From positions 32,001-96,000 of IMG/VR virus record IMGVR_UViG_3300028888_001839: a stretch of DNA of 64,000 nucleotides; one strand, given 5' to 3'. Below the pieces are notes generated by a model, which saw only the letters and a program-made list of their open reading frames with translations, was not told the origin of the DNA and made no database searches. The translations under genes and the position numbers were made by a program. Source of the stretch: a virus (taxonomy: Duplodnaviria > Heunggongvirae > Uroviricota > Caudoviricetes). Positions 30,932 through 39,987 of this stretch are shown one piece after another (within the stretch, counting starts at the first letter, position 1; every line of letters begins with the position of its first letter).

Positions 30932-33757
30932 ATGAAGAATATCGGATTTTGGGCTATTGTGGCATTGTGTCTCGCGGCGTTTGGTGAGGCGGTTCCGCAG
31001 AATCTAGGCAACATTCGCGTGACCACTCCGATGTACACGGCGGCACAGACCGACGAACGGATCGTTGAACTTGCGCCTAATCCCGGAAACTATGAGACCG
31101 TGAGCAATAGGGCGATGGAGTCGGTGCAGAGTGAGGAATTGGGTGAGGACATAGAGGACTGGCTTTACGATGGCGGTCTTGACTTTTTTAACGATTGGCT
31201 ACCAGATGCACTAGATATTATAGATGAATATACCCCTAGGTATTATAGAATAAACCAGCCGTTCTACTGGACTAATAGAATATTTAATGTCATATTGGAC
31301 AGTTCCAGCCAATCGAAACTGAGACTATTTTTTGACACCGACCATGGTTTCTTATTGGACGAATATGGTATAACTTTAATAGGGCCGTTGGATTTAATAG
31401 GGCCGTTGGATGCTAAGAGTACGACAGATATAGACTCGATATGGAACTTGGCAGGGCTTACCGAATTGACGCTCCCGAGACACGTCTATGCAGAAGAGTC
31501 TCCTGCTTACAGATTTATCGACTTATGGTCGCTTGCCACAACGAACGATGTAAAAGAAGCCACAAATGGGAAAAGAGATTATGGGGACATATCCTGCACG
31601 AACGACGCATGGTTCTTGACTTACCCAGAAGGAGTAGACTATGCAGGTCAGACGGTAATGTTTGTGAAGACTGGAGAAAACATCTGGAGCCACAACTTTC
31701 CAGACGAAGGGTATACTGAAACCATTAAGTTTGAGTATGCCTTTGGACAATGGCTATGGAATTGGAGTGGTGTGTACTCCGAAGCCTCTTCCAATGCGAC
31801 GGAAGTTGTATTTGACGACGACGGCACGAAATACATTGCGATTAGGGGTAAGAGGCTCGCGCTGGACACCGAGATACCGACGAACAAGACGGCCTCGCAG
31901 GGCGGCACCGAAACTTCCCTCGTCACGACTGGCGACAAGTACAACTGGAACAGCAAGGCGGCCGCCGCCGACCTCCGCTACAGCATCGCGGAGGCGCAGG
32001 TCGCTGAGTGGCGAGTGCCCGATTCGTGGCTTGACATCACATACACGTCAGAAGGAGCTACATATACTATCACGTCACTTGATAGTATAGGCATTGATGT
32101 TGTCAGCGATTACATTGACCTTGTCGATGAATCAGGCGGATTGCTGCGCTTTGCAAGGTTCGATAATGCTACTGGCCTATTTGTCGGTATCGGCAGCGAC
32201 GCTAGCGATTTGACTTTCGACGGCGTTGCGCCTACTGCAACCACCGCCCTCGCGCCCGCCTCATACGTCGTCGCCGACCGCACGGTGAACATTGCGACAA
32301 ATGCCTCTTCCACTATTGAGGTCACCTTCCCCGACCCTGTCTCTGGCAAATCCAGAGATTTCAGCATTCTCGCCGCTGCTAACACGTCAGTATCTTTCCC
32401 AACAAACATAACTATTCACAGGGTTAAATCTTTGTCGGACTCATTGAAACTGATTGAATATGTTGAGGCTACGGGGACGCAGTACGTGGACACCGGAATC
32501 ATCGGCAAGGTCGGCACAAGGGCGACTGCCAAGTTCATGTACAATCAGTCCGCTTCTTCGTTCCCAGTCCTTTTAGGCTCGGACTCCACCGGCAACACGA
32601 GGTTCAACCTCATTGGTTTCTGGGGCGAGTCTTTAGATTTTCAATACGGAACAAAGTTTGCTCATGCCTTTGGCAATTATGGATATGTCCCTTTTGGGGG
32701 GATTTACTCGGTTGACAGCGAGATAAGTTCTGGGGCCATGTGGACGGCAACTAGCTATGATTCAACAGGAGCCGTAATTGCTAACGTTACCACAAACGTG
32801 TCTTCCGAAGGATTCATAGACACGGATCGGACGATGTACCTTTTTGCTGTAAACGTAGGAGGTGGGTACGGCGCATCTGGGTTCTTCAATGGAAGGCTAT
32901 ATGACTTAGAGATATGGCAGGACGGCATTCGCCGCCATTTCATTCCGTGTATGTTAGACGGAGAGGTTGGACTTTATGAGGAGGTGACGGAATTGGTGTA
33001 TACTTCCGAGACTACTCCTTTAATTGCTGGGCCAATAACAAATGCTCCGTCTGACAAAGTTCTCTACACGCTAGTTGAAGTGTCACACGATGAATTCAAG
33101 TGCCAGATTGACGAGTTGCCTGATAATAAATTCCGTCTGGCAGGGATAAAGCCGAAAGGGACTGGCCGTGAAAGCCTGCGCTCTAAAGAATTTGCATTGG
33201 CAATGCAGACAAAAAGTAATCCTAGAAGCACAAACACAAGCAGCGGCCTCAATGACCTAGAAGGGTTCTCAATCCCCGAATATATGTCGGCCTTGGCGAG
33301 ATACAGATACGACGAACAGACGGAAACATGTTATAGAGTGGCTATCTCAAATGAATGCATTATGCTTGTTGCGGTCACTAACATAGACCTGACGGCTGCA
33401 CAGAACATAGCCGCCTTAAGGCATATGGAGGACACTCATCTTGAAAGGCTTCCACCAGTAGTGTCTTATGGATATACAGAAGGCCATGAATCGGACAGGA
33501 ACATTATAAATGCAGAAGCCGGAAACTATGTATTGTCTGGAAGTGGTTTGGGAGAATCGTATGTCATAGTTTCCTATGTTTCGGCCGGGGAGAAGGCTAA
33601 GATAATTTCTTCAGAGTCTGTCACGCTCTCTCCAACTAAGATTACGATAGACTCGTCGGCCTTGAAGGAATTAAAAACAGAGCTTGGGTCGCATGTTGTT
33701 TTCACTGTCTATAACAAATATGGGCATACAACTTCTGCCGCTGAAGTCGAAATGTAA
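30932..33757 (+). CDS. Signal-peptide-bearing mosaic protein with a fibre/LamG-like domain
   Basis: MKNIGFWAIVALCLAAFGEA follows GGAG/GAGG (alternative start 30884). Contains the 'EYVEATGTQYVDTGI...YLFA...GRLY...FIPC...GLYE' beta-sandwich domain common in phage fibres and a 'SLVTTGDKYNWNSK' fibre motif. Confidence 0.65.
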   Translation: MKNIGFWAIVALCLAAFGEAVPQNLGNIRVTTPMYTAAQTDERIVELAPNPGNYETVSNRAMESVQSEELGEDIEDWLYDGGLDFFNDWLPDALDIIDEYTPRYYRINQPFYWTNRIFNVILDSSSQSKLRLFFDTDHGFLLDEYGITLIGPLDLIGPLDAKSTTDIDSIWNLAGLTELTLPRHVYAEESPAYRFIDLWSLATTNDVKEATNGKRDYGDISCTNDAWFLTYPEGVDYAGQTVMFVKTGENIWSHNFPDEGYTETIKFEYAFGQWLWNWSGVYSEASSNATEVVFDDDGTKYIAIRGKRLALDTEIPTNKTASQGGTETSLVTTGDKYNWNSKAAAADLRYSIAEAQVAEWRVPDSWLDITYTSEGATYTITSLDSIGIDVVSDYIDLVDESGGLLRFARFDNATGLFVGIGSDASDLTFDGVAPTATTALAPASYVVADRTVNIATNASSTIEVTFPDPVSGKSRDFSILAAANTSVSFPTNITIHRVKSLSDSLKLIEYVEATGTQYVDTGIIGKVGTRATAKFMYNQSASSFPVLLGSDSTGNTRFNLIGFWGESLDFQYGTKFAHAFGNYGYVPFGGIYSVDSEISSGAMWTATSYDSTGAVIANVTTNVSSEGFIDTDRTMYLFAVNVGGGYGASGFFNGRLYDLEIWQDGIRRHFIPCMLDGEVGLYEEVTELVYTSETTPLIAGPITNAPSDKVLYTLVEVSHDEFKCQIDELPDNKFRLAGIKPKGTGRESLRSKEFALAMQTKSNPRSTNTSSGLNDLEGFSIPEYMSALARYRYDEQTETCYRVAISNECIMLVAVTNIDLTAAQNIAALRHMEDTHLERLPPVVSYGYTEGHESDRNIINAEAGNYVLSGSGLGESYVIVSYVSAGEKAKIISSESVTLSPTKITIDSSALKELKTELGSHVVFTVYNKYGHTTSAAEVEM
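31375..31411 (+). repeat. 18-bp in-frame tandem duplication (LIGPLD x2)
   Basis: TTTAATAGGGCCGTTGGA repeated directly. Confidence 0.9.
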
Positions 33758-33775
33758 GAATAGATGGTATGGACT

Positions 33776-33814
33776 AAGGGACGGGAACTCGGCAGCCGTC
33801 CCCTTTTCCTTTTC
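33776..33814 (+). terminator. Probable intrinsic terminator ending the structural operon
   Basis: GGGACGG/CCGTCCC stem followed by CTTTTCCTTTT. Confidence 0.55.
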
Positions 33815-33832
33815 TGGCATGAATAAGAAGCC

Positions 33833-34363
33833 ATGTTCAACTACATCACAAGCGAAACCGTGATACCGACCCTCGCCTTCACCAAGGCGGAACTGGTGTA
33901 TCTCCTGAAAGTCATCTTGAAGGAAATCCCCGACACGGACAACTACAACAAGATAGAGATGGTGGAAGTCCGCCACTACATGAACCAGATAAAGGACAGG
34001 GTTTCGCTGGCGCTTGCGGACGGCACGATTAGACGAGGTACGATGCTTTCGGGAGAGAAGCAGGTAGAAGATACCCCTAAAGTAGAGAAGCGGCCAGAAG
34101 GCCCTTCTATGGCGGATTTGAAGAGGCAGTTTCCGACCTTGACGGAAGAAGAGATAAGGGAAGTGCTAGACAGGGCTAGGGCGGAGCAGAGGAAGAAAGC
34201 GGAGGAGGAGAGGAAGAATGCTCCACCTCCCCCTCCGTCGTTCATAGCCAAGCCAGAAGAGGTAGAAGAGGGAAAGCCCATAGAGCAGCCCGTTCTTACT
34301 CCGCAGGCGAAGAAGGATAGGGAGAACTCAAAGAAGTTTGCGCAGATGCTTGGGGCAATTTAG
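33833..34363 (+). CDS. Hypothetical protein (charged, Pro-rich C-terminus)
   Basis: 176-aa ORF filling the gap before the first early promoter. Confidence 0.7.
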   Translation: MFNYITSETVIPTLAFTKAELVYLLKVILKEIPDTDNYNKIEMVEVRHYMNQIKDRVSLALADGTIRRGTMLSGEKQVEDTPKVEKRPEGPSMADLKRQFPTLTEEEIREVLDRARAEQRKKAEEERKNAPPPPPSFIAKPEEVEEGKPIEQPVLTPQAKKDRENSKKFAQMLGAI

Positions 34364-34384
34364 AAAATCTGCTCTAAAGTTCTA

Positions 34385-34450
34385 CCCCCTCTTGAAACCC
34401 ACCTTCCAGGTGTGGTATAATGTCCGCCGTCAAGGAAAAGGACAAAGACA
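34385..34450 (+). promoter_or_regulatory. Early promoter P1 plus leader
   Basis: CCCCCTC-TTGAAA(34392)-18 nt-TATAAT(34416), TG extended -10, then CGTCAAGGAAAAGGACAAAGACA-ATG. Confidence 0.8.
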
Positions 34451-34759
34451 ATGACGTTTGATAGTAGCAATAGAGAGATGTTGGAAAACGAAACGACAAT
34501 GGAATCGCTTACCAATCAGATTCGGGTAGCGATGGGCGAGGGGTGCATTAGCCCTTGTCGTGTATACGACATGGTGGATGAGGCACTTGACCGCCTTAAG
34601 AAGCAGGAAGAAGTATTGAAGAAAGCCCACGACTTCTTGCGGAAGTATGTCAATTGCACGGCAGACTTCAAGGCTTCCGATGCTAGAGGAATTGCAGACG
34701 ATTTGTGGGATGCAATCCACAAGGGTGACAAGGAGTGGAGAAAGGTTCACAAGAAGTGA
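34451..34759 (+). CDS. Hypothetical early protein
   Basis: Directly downstream of P1 with an AAGGA Shine-Dalgarno. Confidence 0.7.
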   Translation: MTFDSSNREMLENETTMESLTNQIRVAMGEGCISPCRVYDMVDEALDRLKKQEEVLKKAHDFLRKYVNCTADFKASDARGIADDLWDAIHKGDKEWRKVHKK

Positions 34760-34769
34760 GGGGAATCAG

Positions 34770-35132
34770 ATGACCGTAGAGGAATTTGAGGAGAAGTACA
34801 ACAGCCTCCAGAAGGAAGGGATTGAACTTTATGAGGCAATGAAGCCTTTACTGGCTAGGCTCAAGGTTCTTGCCCGTAGGAGCTTGTCTCTTTATGAATC
34901 CGCAGACCATGACAAAGGGATTTATCGAAAGGAGAAGCATTATCTTTACGATGGAAAGGGTGAAGACTCTTGGGAGCCAGACGGATGGAACTACGCCATT
35001 ATGTTCCGATTGATTGACATGGAATGGATTCGCGACAATGTGAGCATGTTTTCAAACTGTCTCTATAACTTGAAATACACACCTTTCCGCAAGAAACAGA
35101 AGAAATGCAAGAAAACCAATGGCAACCAATAG
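34770..35132 (+). CDS. Hypothetical protein
   Basis: GAGGGG Shine-Dalgarno before MTVEEFEEK. Confidence 0.7.
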   Translation: MTVEEFEEKYNSLQKEGIELYEAMKPLLARLKVLARRSLSLYESADHDKGIYRKEKHYLYDGKGEDSWEPDGWNYAIMFRLIDMEWIRDNVSMFSNCLYNLKYTPFRKKQKKCKKTNGNQ

Positions 35133-35619
35133 TAAGAAAAATCCTAAAAAGGAATCAATAGACCGTCTCCCCATGTGGGATTGGGAAACTCTCGTAGCCT
35201 CTTGGCGCTATTTCCAATATGGAATGACGATATCTTCTGCATCTTTCCCAAGAGAAATTGTGAATAGGTTCTGGGAAGAAGGAAACCGTTATTCTGATGA
35301 AGTTAGAAATACCATCGCCAATCAGTTTGCAATGACAGACCATTGTCGTAATGGAGAAAAGGACTGGACAGACATCAGCCACTTGATGGACTGCGACAAA
35401 AAGGCATGGACAACTTTCTATCGGTTCTGCGAAGCATGGGTCAAGGGATTCACTCCTATCACGGTCAAGAACCCCGACACCAAGAAGGTAGAGGGCATCA
35501 TGGCTTTCCATGTGGACTATACCGACAGATGGCTAGGCAGAGACCAGTACATCAAGTGGGGGGATAGGGGTTTTATCAACCCTAAGTGCATCTTGCACAT
35601 TCCAGAGAGGGTGAAATGA
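35119..35619 (+). CDS. Hypothetical protein
   Basis: 166-aa ORF overlapping both neighbours in operon fashion. Confidence 0.7.
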   Translation: MATNSKKNPKKESIDRLPMWDWETLVASWRYFQYGMTISSASFPREIVNRFWEEGNRYSDEVRNTIANQFAMTDHCRNGEKDWTDISHLMDCDKKAWTTFYRFCEAWVKGFTPITVKNPDTKKVEGIMAFHVDYTDRWLGRDQYIKWGDRGFINPKCILHIPERVK

Positions 35620-35822
35620 TGAAAGGCAAATGGACTGCGGTACGGAACGATGGAGGGGCATATCTCTGTCTGGATGGGATGGAGATAGCCCATGTGGGTA
35701 ATATGTGGAGCTCCTACCTTGATGACCAGGGGATTCCCCTAAATGGTTTTAAGAGAGCGAAATGGCTTTGCGAGATTTTGAACCGGAAGACAAAGGGAGA
35801 GGACAAGCGGAATGAAAATTGA
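35616..35822 (+). CDS. Hypothetical protein
   Basis: ATGA overlap with the upstream stop. Confidence 0.6.
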   Translation: MMKGKWTAVRNDGGAYLCLDGMEIAHVGNMWSSYLDDQGIPLNGFKRAKWLCEILNRKTKGEDKRNEN

Positions 35823-36123
35823 AGTGTTCAACGAAGAGATGAATTCCAAGCTTAGAGGGGTACGGCTAGATGGGGAGAAGGTAAAAGAGTTTATGAAAGA
35901 AATTATCAGCAGGGTGAGCATCTGCCATATTTCGGGGAGTAGCAGTGCCCTGGATGATGACACCAAGTTGCTCCTGATAATGCTTCAGATTGTATGGAAC
36001 GAGAAGGAGGAATTGGTGGAGGAGATTGAAAGGCTAAATGGTCTGATAGAATCTAAGGACAAGATAATTGAGAGATTCAGCATGGCATATCCAATGCGGA
36101 ATAAATCAGATTATAATGGGTGA
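35812..36123 (+). CDS. Hypothetical protein (C-terminal coiled coil)
   Basis: GGAGG Shine-Dalgarno; overlapping operon. Confidence 0.65.
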   Translation: MKIEVFNEEMNSKLRGVRLDGEKVKEFMKEIISRVSICHISGSSSALDDDTKLLLIMLQIVWNEKEELVEEIERLNGLIESKDKIIERFSMAYPMRNKSDYNG

Positions 36124-36257
36124 AAGTGAAGCGCAACTGGACATATCTCAAGTGCGAGGACTGCCGCAAGCATGGAAGATGCAAGCGGGAGCGAACCGCA
36201 TTTAGGTGGTTTCATGTCAAAGGTTGCATGGTAGAAGTCAAGGAAGAAAAGAAGTAG
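36120..36257 (+). CDS. Small Cys-rich protein (45 aa, not in ORF track)
   Basis: GTGA overlap; encodes ...YLKCEDCRKHGRCK... Confidence 0.45.
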   Translation: MKVKRNWTYLKCEDCRKHGRCKRERTAFRWFHVKGCMVEVKEEKK

Positions 36258-36269
36258 GAGGATTCTGAT

Positions 36270-36806
36270 ATGGGCTTGGATCAGACGCTATTCCGCACAA
36301 CAAAGAAATGTAAGGAAGCCAAAATCGCATGGCAGAAGTTGGAGCTAGAATACCTTGCGAAAGTGAAGGAACTTGATGCCACTGAAAAATGGAAGACTCT
36401 ATTTGAGACTCTTCCTAGAAACCAATATGGTTATCTTGACCAAAAGAAGATAACTCCAGAGCAGAGGAAGCAGATTGGTGTCTATCGGCGGACTCTCCGT
36501 AAGATTGCAAAAGAAGTTGGAATTGAACTAAACAAGAATTATCGCCCATGGTTTAACCCTTCCTCCTATGGGCTTAAAGAAGAAGAACTAGATGAGCCAA
36601 TTGCAGACTGGAGAAAGGATTGGCCGCTTCACAAATTTATAGTTGACAACTTCTTGGAAGACAATGAGAATGACAACCTTGTTCCTATTTATCTCACGAA
36701 AGAGAATTGTGAGAAGATAGTAGCAGCAGGGTTTATAGGGGGATTCCAAGAGGCACTTGACAGATGGGACGAAGAGCATGAGGTTTTTTACTGGCCATGG
36801 TATTGA
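36270..36806 (+). CDS. Conserved phage hypothetical protein (MGLD...WRK family)
   Basis: AGGAGG Shine-Dalgarno. 'MGLDQ...WRKDWPLHKFI...FYWPWY' pattern recalls a widespread phage family. Confidence 0.7.
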   Translation: MGLDQTLFRTTKKCKEAKIAWQKLELEYLAKVKELDATEKWKTLFETLPRNQYGYLDQKKITPEQRKQIGVYRRTLRKIAKEVGIELNKNYRPWFNPSSYGLKEEELDEPIADWRKDWPLHKFIVDNFLEDNENDNLVPIYLTKENCEKIVAAGFIGGFQEALDRWDEEHEVFYWPWY

Positions 36807-36818
36807 GGAGGTGGTTAG

Positions 36819-36992
36819 ATGAGCGAAGAAGATGTATTGGATTCCTTTTGGGAACGGATGGCTAAGAAGGACAATCTTGACGAATGGAGGATGCGGCTTT
36901 GCGGGATGGGCAAGGAAGCGGATGCCGAAAAGCAGAAGCGGATTGCTGCATATCGCATGGAGGCTAGGGGGGACCTCTGTCACGAAGACTAG
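36819..36992 (+). CDS. Small hypothetical protein (57 aa, not in ORF track)
   Basis: GAGGAGGT Shine-Dalgarno; fills the gap. Confidence 0.55.
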   Translation: MSEEDVLDSFWERMAKKDNLDEWRMRLCGMGKEADAEKQKRIAAYRMEARGDLCHED

Positions 36993-37012
36993 AAAGAGAG
37001 AGAGTTAGAATC

Positions 37013-37243
37013 ATGGACGAATCTAAGAAAGAAGAAGAGTACCCCATGTATGGTGACTGCAACACGTGCGAGCACCAGAACGAGGTATGCGTTAACTGCA
37101 TGAGCCAGAATACGGCTGGCGAATGGGTGCACAATCTCTATTCACCGAAGCCCGGAGTGTATCGTATGCCGGGGCAACGGACAATAACATTTGATAGTAA
37201 GAAGACGGGCGGCATTTGTCTCGGCAGGTATATCGTTTCGTGA
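37013..37243 (+). CDS. Small Cys-rich hypothetical protein
   Basis: CNTC...CVNC motif. Confidence 0.6.
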   Translation: MDESKKEEEYPMYGDCNTCEHQNEVCVNCMSQNTAGEWVHNLYSPKPGVYRMPGQRTITFDSKKTGGICLGRYIVS

Positions 37244-37248
37244 GGTGA

Positions 37249-37632
37249 GTGATGCCAAAATCAATTACACCTCCTCCTAACTCCGAAGAGACACCTGCCG
37301 ACATCTTGAAAGAGATTCGGGAAGTCGAGTCCCCTAGACTCAATTCTAATGGGGGATGGGGATGCATCTGTGCCTATCCTACCCGCCTGCTCCAATATTG
37401 TGATAGACTGGAGGCTGCTATTGCAAGGGAGAAGCGGGGCGCAAAGCTTCGCCGCTTTGACTTCGGACATTCTGTAGAGGATGTGCTGCGGATTGGAAGA
37501 GACTTCCAAAATACCGATAGACTACATGGGGCACATTACGACACCGTGAAGTTACTGTGCGACACCATAGAGGACTTGAATGAGCAACTTTTAGACCAAA
37601 AGAATCTACACCCCCTTGAAAGCCACCCATAG
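37249..37632 (+). CDS. Hypothetical protein (ETxxDI...RLEAA family)
   Basis: GAGGTG Shine-Dalgarno; motif shared with 37685 and 40553. Confidence 0.65.
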   Translation: MMPKSITPPPNSEETPADILKEIREVESPRLNSNGGWGCICAYPTRLLQYCDRLEAAIAREKRGAKLRRFDFGHSVEDVLRIGRDFQNTDRLHGAHYDTVKLLCDTIEDLNEQLLDQKNLHPLESHP

Positions 37633-37684
37633 GGTGTGGTACAATATCTTCCGTCAACGGCAACAAAGACAAGGACAACGAACG
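37610..37684 (+). promoter_or_regulatory. Early promoter P2 plus leader
   Basis: CCCCC-TTGAAA(37616)-18 nt-TACAAT(37640), then CGTCAACGGCAACAAAGACAAGGACAACGAACG-ATG. Confidence 0.8.
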
Positions 37685-38152
37685 ATGGAAAAACTCGAAG
37701 ACATAACCAAATCAATGCGCCAGTGGGTAGAGCGCATCGGCCCGATACCTAGTCATGAGATTGTGGCAAAGGTGTTTGACTGGGCTAGGCGGATTGAGGC
37801 TTGCAAGAATGAGGTCAATCCATGCAAGGATGCGGTAGCGCTTCGGCATTCTCTTTCCACGATTGAAGAGAATATCAATCTCATTCAGAATAGTTCCCAA
37901 TACAAGAACTGGAAGACTGTGGTTCTTCAGGAGTGCAAGCTCATCAAGTCAATCATTGAGATTGCGCTGGAGATGCCTAGCCGCAATGTAAACAGAGCGG
38001 AGTGCGATTCTCTCGATCATGCCGCTCAGGTGTTTGCCAGAGAGACGGGGAACGAAATGCCAGAGAATCCCACGGATGCTAACATGATGCTTTGGATGAA
38101 CTCTTTGTGCAAGTGGCTCTTTGAAGAGTACAAAGGAGGAGGGAGCAAATGA
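37685..38152 (+). CDS. Hypothetical protein (RN-C/V family)
   Basis: Start set by the P2 leader; PSRNVN...WLF motif shared with 38964 and 39439. Confidence 0.7.
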   Translation: MEKLEDITKSMRQWVERIGPIPSHEIVAKVFDWARRIEACKNEVNPCKDAVALRHSLSTIEENINLIQNSSQYKNWKTVVLQECKLIKSIIEIALEMPSRNVNRAECDSLDHAAQVFARETGNEMPENPTDANMMLWMNSLCKWLFEEYKGGGSK

Positions 38153-38325
38153 AGAAGGTGGGACTAGTTACTTTTCGGATGGATAGGTACGGGAAGGTTG
38201 TAAACCCGAACTTCCCATATTGTACTTACACTGAGGATGAAGCAAAGAAGATTTTCAAGAGGCGGAAAGCCAACAAGGTTGCGCGGAAGCAGCGGAAAAT
38301 CAATCGTAAGAGGAACAAGCGATGA
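38149..38325 (+). CDS. Small basic protein (58 aa, not in ORF track)
   Basis: ATGA overlaps at both ends; ends ...KRRKANKVARKQRKINRKRNKR. Confidence 0.6.
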   Translation: MKKVGLVTFRMDRYGKVVNPNFPYCTYTEDEAKKIFKRRKANKVARKQRKINRKRNKR

Positions 38326-38789
38326 CATACTCTGAATACAAGGAATTGGTGAAGGAGTACAATTCAACGGACTCCGTCTCAAGGCGAGAGAAAATCAAGG
38401 AGGAAGTGTACAAGACTAGCGTTGCATTGGCAAAGCAACTAGAGGAAATGTATAATAGGTTCGGCGCAACATTTATCGACGACGATGAGTACCGCTCCGA
38501 TCGTGGGGGTTTTAGCCTTGTAGAATTTAGTGGGGCAAATGTACATCTTAGGTATTCCGACCACTGGCAGTATGGCGGGGAGTGCTGTTTCGGAATAACC
38601 GTTCCGATGAAGATGCTAGACGTTGCGAACAGGATTTCAGAGAGGAATCGTCTCCGCGGCAAATACATTGTACAACTAAAAGAAGAGCATGATAGAAACA
38701 ATCGTCAAATTGAGCATCTAAAAGAGGAGAACAAAAATCTCCTCGATAGAATTGCACAGTTGGAAAAGGAAAGGGATGATGAGAAATGA
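38322..38789 (+). CDS. Hypothetical protein (C-terminal coiled coil)
   Basis: ATGA coupling; 155 aa. Confidence 0.7.
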   Translation: MTYSEYKELVKEYNSTDSVSRREKIKEEVYKTSVALAKQLEEMYNRFGATFIDDDEYRSDRGGFSLVEFSGANVHLRYSDHWQYGGECCFGITVPMKMLDVANRISERNRLRGKYIVQLKEEHDRNNRQIEHLKEENKNLLDRIAQLEKERDDEK

Positions 38790-38971
38790 AACTCATTGAT
38801 ATGCTAGATGCCTCATTGCCTCCTTACGGAATCGCCGCAACTGGGATAGGAATTGGGGTTAATGCGAAGGACGGAAACGGATGGACGGTTGCATTGTATT
38901 CTTTGCTTTGCATCTTTTGCATCTGCATAACGATGACTAGGATTCTTGAGAAGGGCAAAAAAAATGACTAA
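38786..38971 (+). CDS. Small membrane protein
   Basis: Two hydrophobic stretches; ATGA coupling. Confidence 0.55.
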   Translation: MKLIDMLDASLPPYGIAATGIGIGVNAKDGNGWTVALYSLLCIFCICITMTRILEKGKKND

Positions 38972-39452
38972 GCGAGAAGCATTGCTAAAGATTCATGAGC
39001 AGTTGGAGGATTTCGTTGCGCACAAGATTGAGGGGACGTCACTTTGTCTGCGCATAAAAAACATTATCAATAAAGAGTTGAAACCGAGTTTTCTTGAATC
39101 TAGCATTTGCCGTCAGACAGGAATACTGTCTCCTAGAACCGCACTTGAATGGATTCTTGATGTAGTAATGGGACTAAGGGAGCGCAATCCTGATGTATTA
39201 GACTGCGTGAAGACTACGATAGACCTCATTGAGAGGTATGCGCGGGACGGTCTCAAGTTTCCAGAGAGAAATTGCGACATCTATACAACATCGGAAGAGG
39301 CCGATCGGGCTATAACAGAGTATTGCTCCAAGATGGCGGAGACGGATGAATGCGTGAAGTCGTGCCCTTATAGGAAGTCCAAGGGAGGATGTGCTTTCGG
39401 ATGGCTTTTGGCGGCTGCGGGAACGAAAGGAGAAAACGATGGCAGCAAGTAA
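38964..39452 (+). CDS. Cys-rich RNCD-motif protein
   Basis: PERNCD...YC...CVKSCPY...CAFGWL. Confidence 0.7.
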   Translation: MTKREALLKIHEQLEDFVAHKIEGTSLCLRIKNIINKELKPSFLESSICRQTGILSPRTALEWILDVVMGLRERNPDVLDCVKTTIDLIERYARDGLKFPERNCDIYTTSEEADRAITEYCSKMAETDECVKSCPYRKSKGGCAFGWLLAAAGTKGENDGSK

Positions 39453-39987
39453 CACAAAAGCGATGCATGAGGCGCTGGAGGCTATAAAGTGCATCAATAC
39501 TGAAGGACTGAAACGCCTCTTGGTTGAATTGGTAGAGGCCGACATCTTTGACGGCGGACTAATCAACAAAACCATATCCGCTGTTGAGAAGGCAAGGCGC
39601 GCACTATCCGCTCCCGAGATGGAGACGGAAGCAATTAATGCGGCGGCGATGCATGAGGCATTGGAATTAGTGAATAAGATTTACGACATGTTAAGCAAAC
39701 CATGCATTGTTATTGAAGAAGTACGTCAGGCATGTCAAAAAGCGAGAGCGGTACTTATCTCAACGCCGCCGCGCAACTGCGATGTTGGCACTGCGAAGGA
39801 ACAATGGAAGCGTTTTGACGAGTTCTGTATTTCCTGGGAAGAGAGCGGACCAAACGGCGGGTGTTCTGACGAATGCCCTTGCATGGCAATCAAAAGCAAA
39901 GAATCCGACGGTTGTTTCGGGCAATCTGGATGCTTCTCTATTTGGGCGCAGATGCCATATGAGGAGGAAGGAAGGGCTGAGAAATGA
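39439..39987 (+). CDS. Cys-rich RNCD-motif protein with duplicated AMHEALE helix
   Basis: AAGGAG Shine-Dalgarno; PPRNCD...FC...CSDECPC...CFSIWAQMPY. Confidence 0.7.
   Translation: MAASNTKAMHEALEAIKCINTEGLKRLLVELVEADIFDGGLINKTISAVEKARRALSAPEMETEAINAAAMHEALELVNKIYDMLSKPCIVIEEVRQACQKARAVLISTPPRNCDVGTAKEQWKRFDEFCISWEESGPNGGCSDECPCMAIKSKESDGCFGQSGCFSIWAQMPYEEEGRAEK

Noticed and set aside
8755-33757. Diversity-generating retroelement acting on the giant proteins
   Set aside because: No reverse transcriptase and no adenine-mismatched TR/VR pair was noticed in the window; it cannot be excluded elsewhere in the genome.
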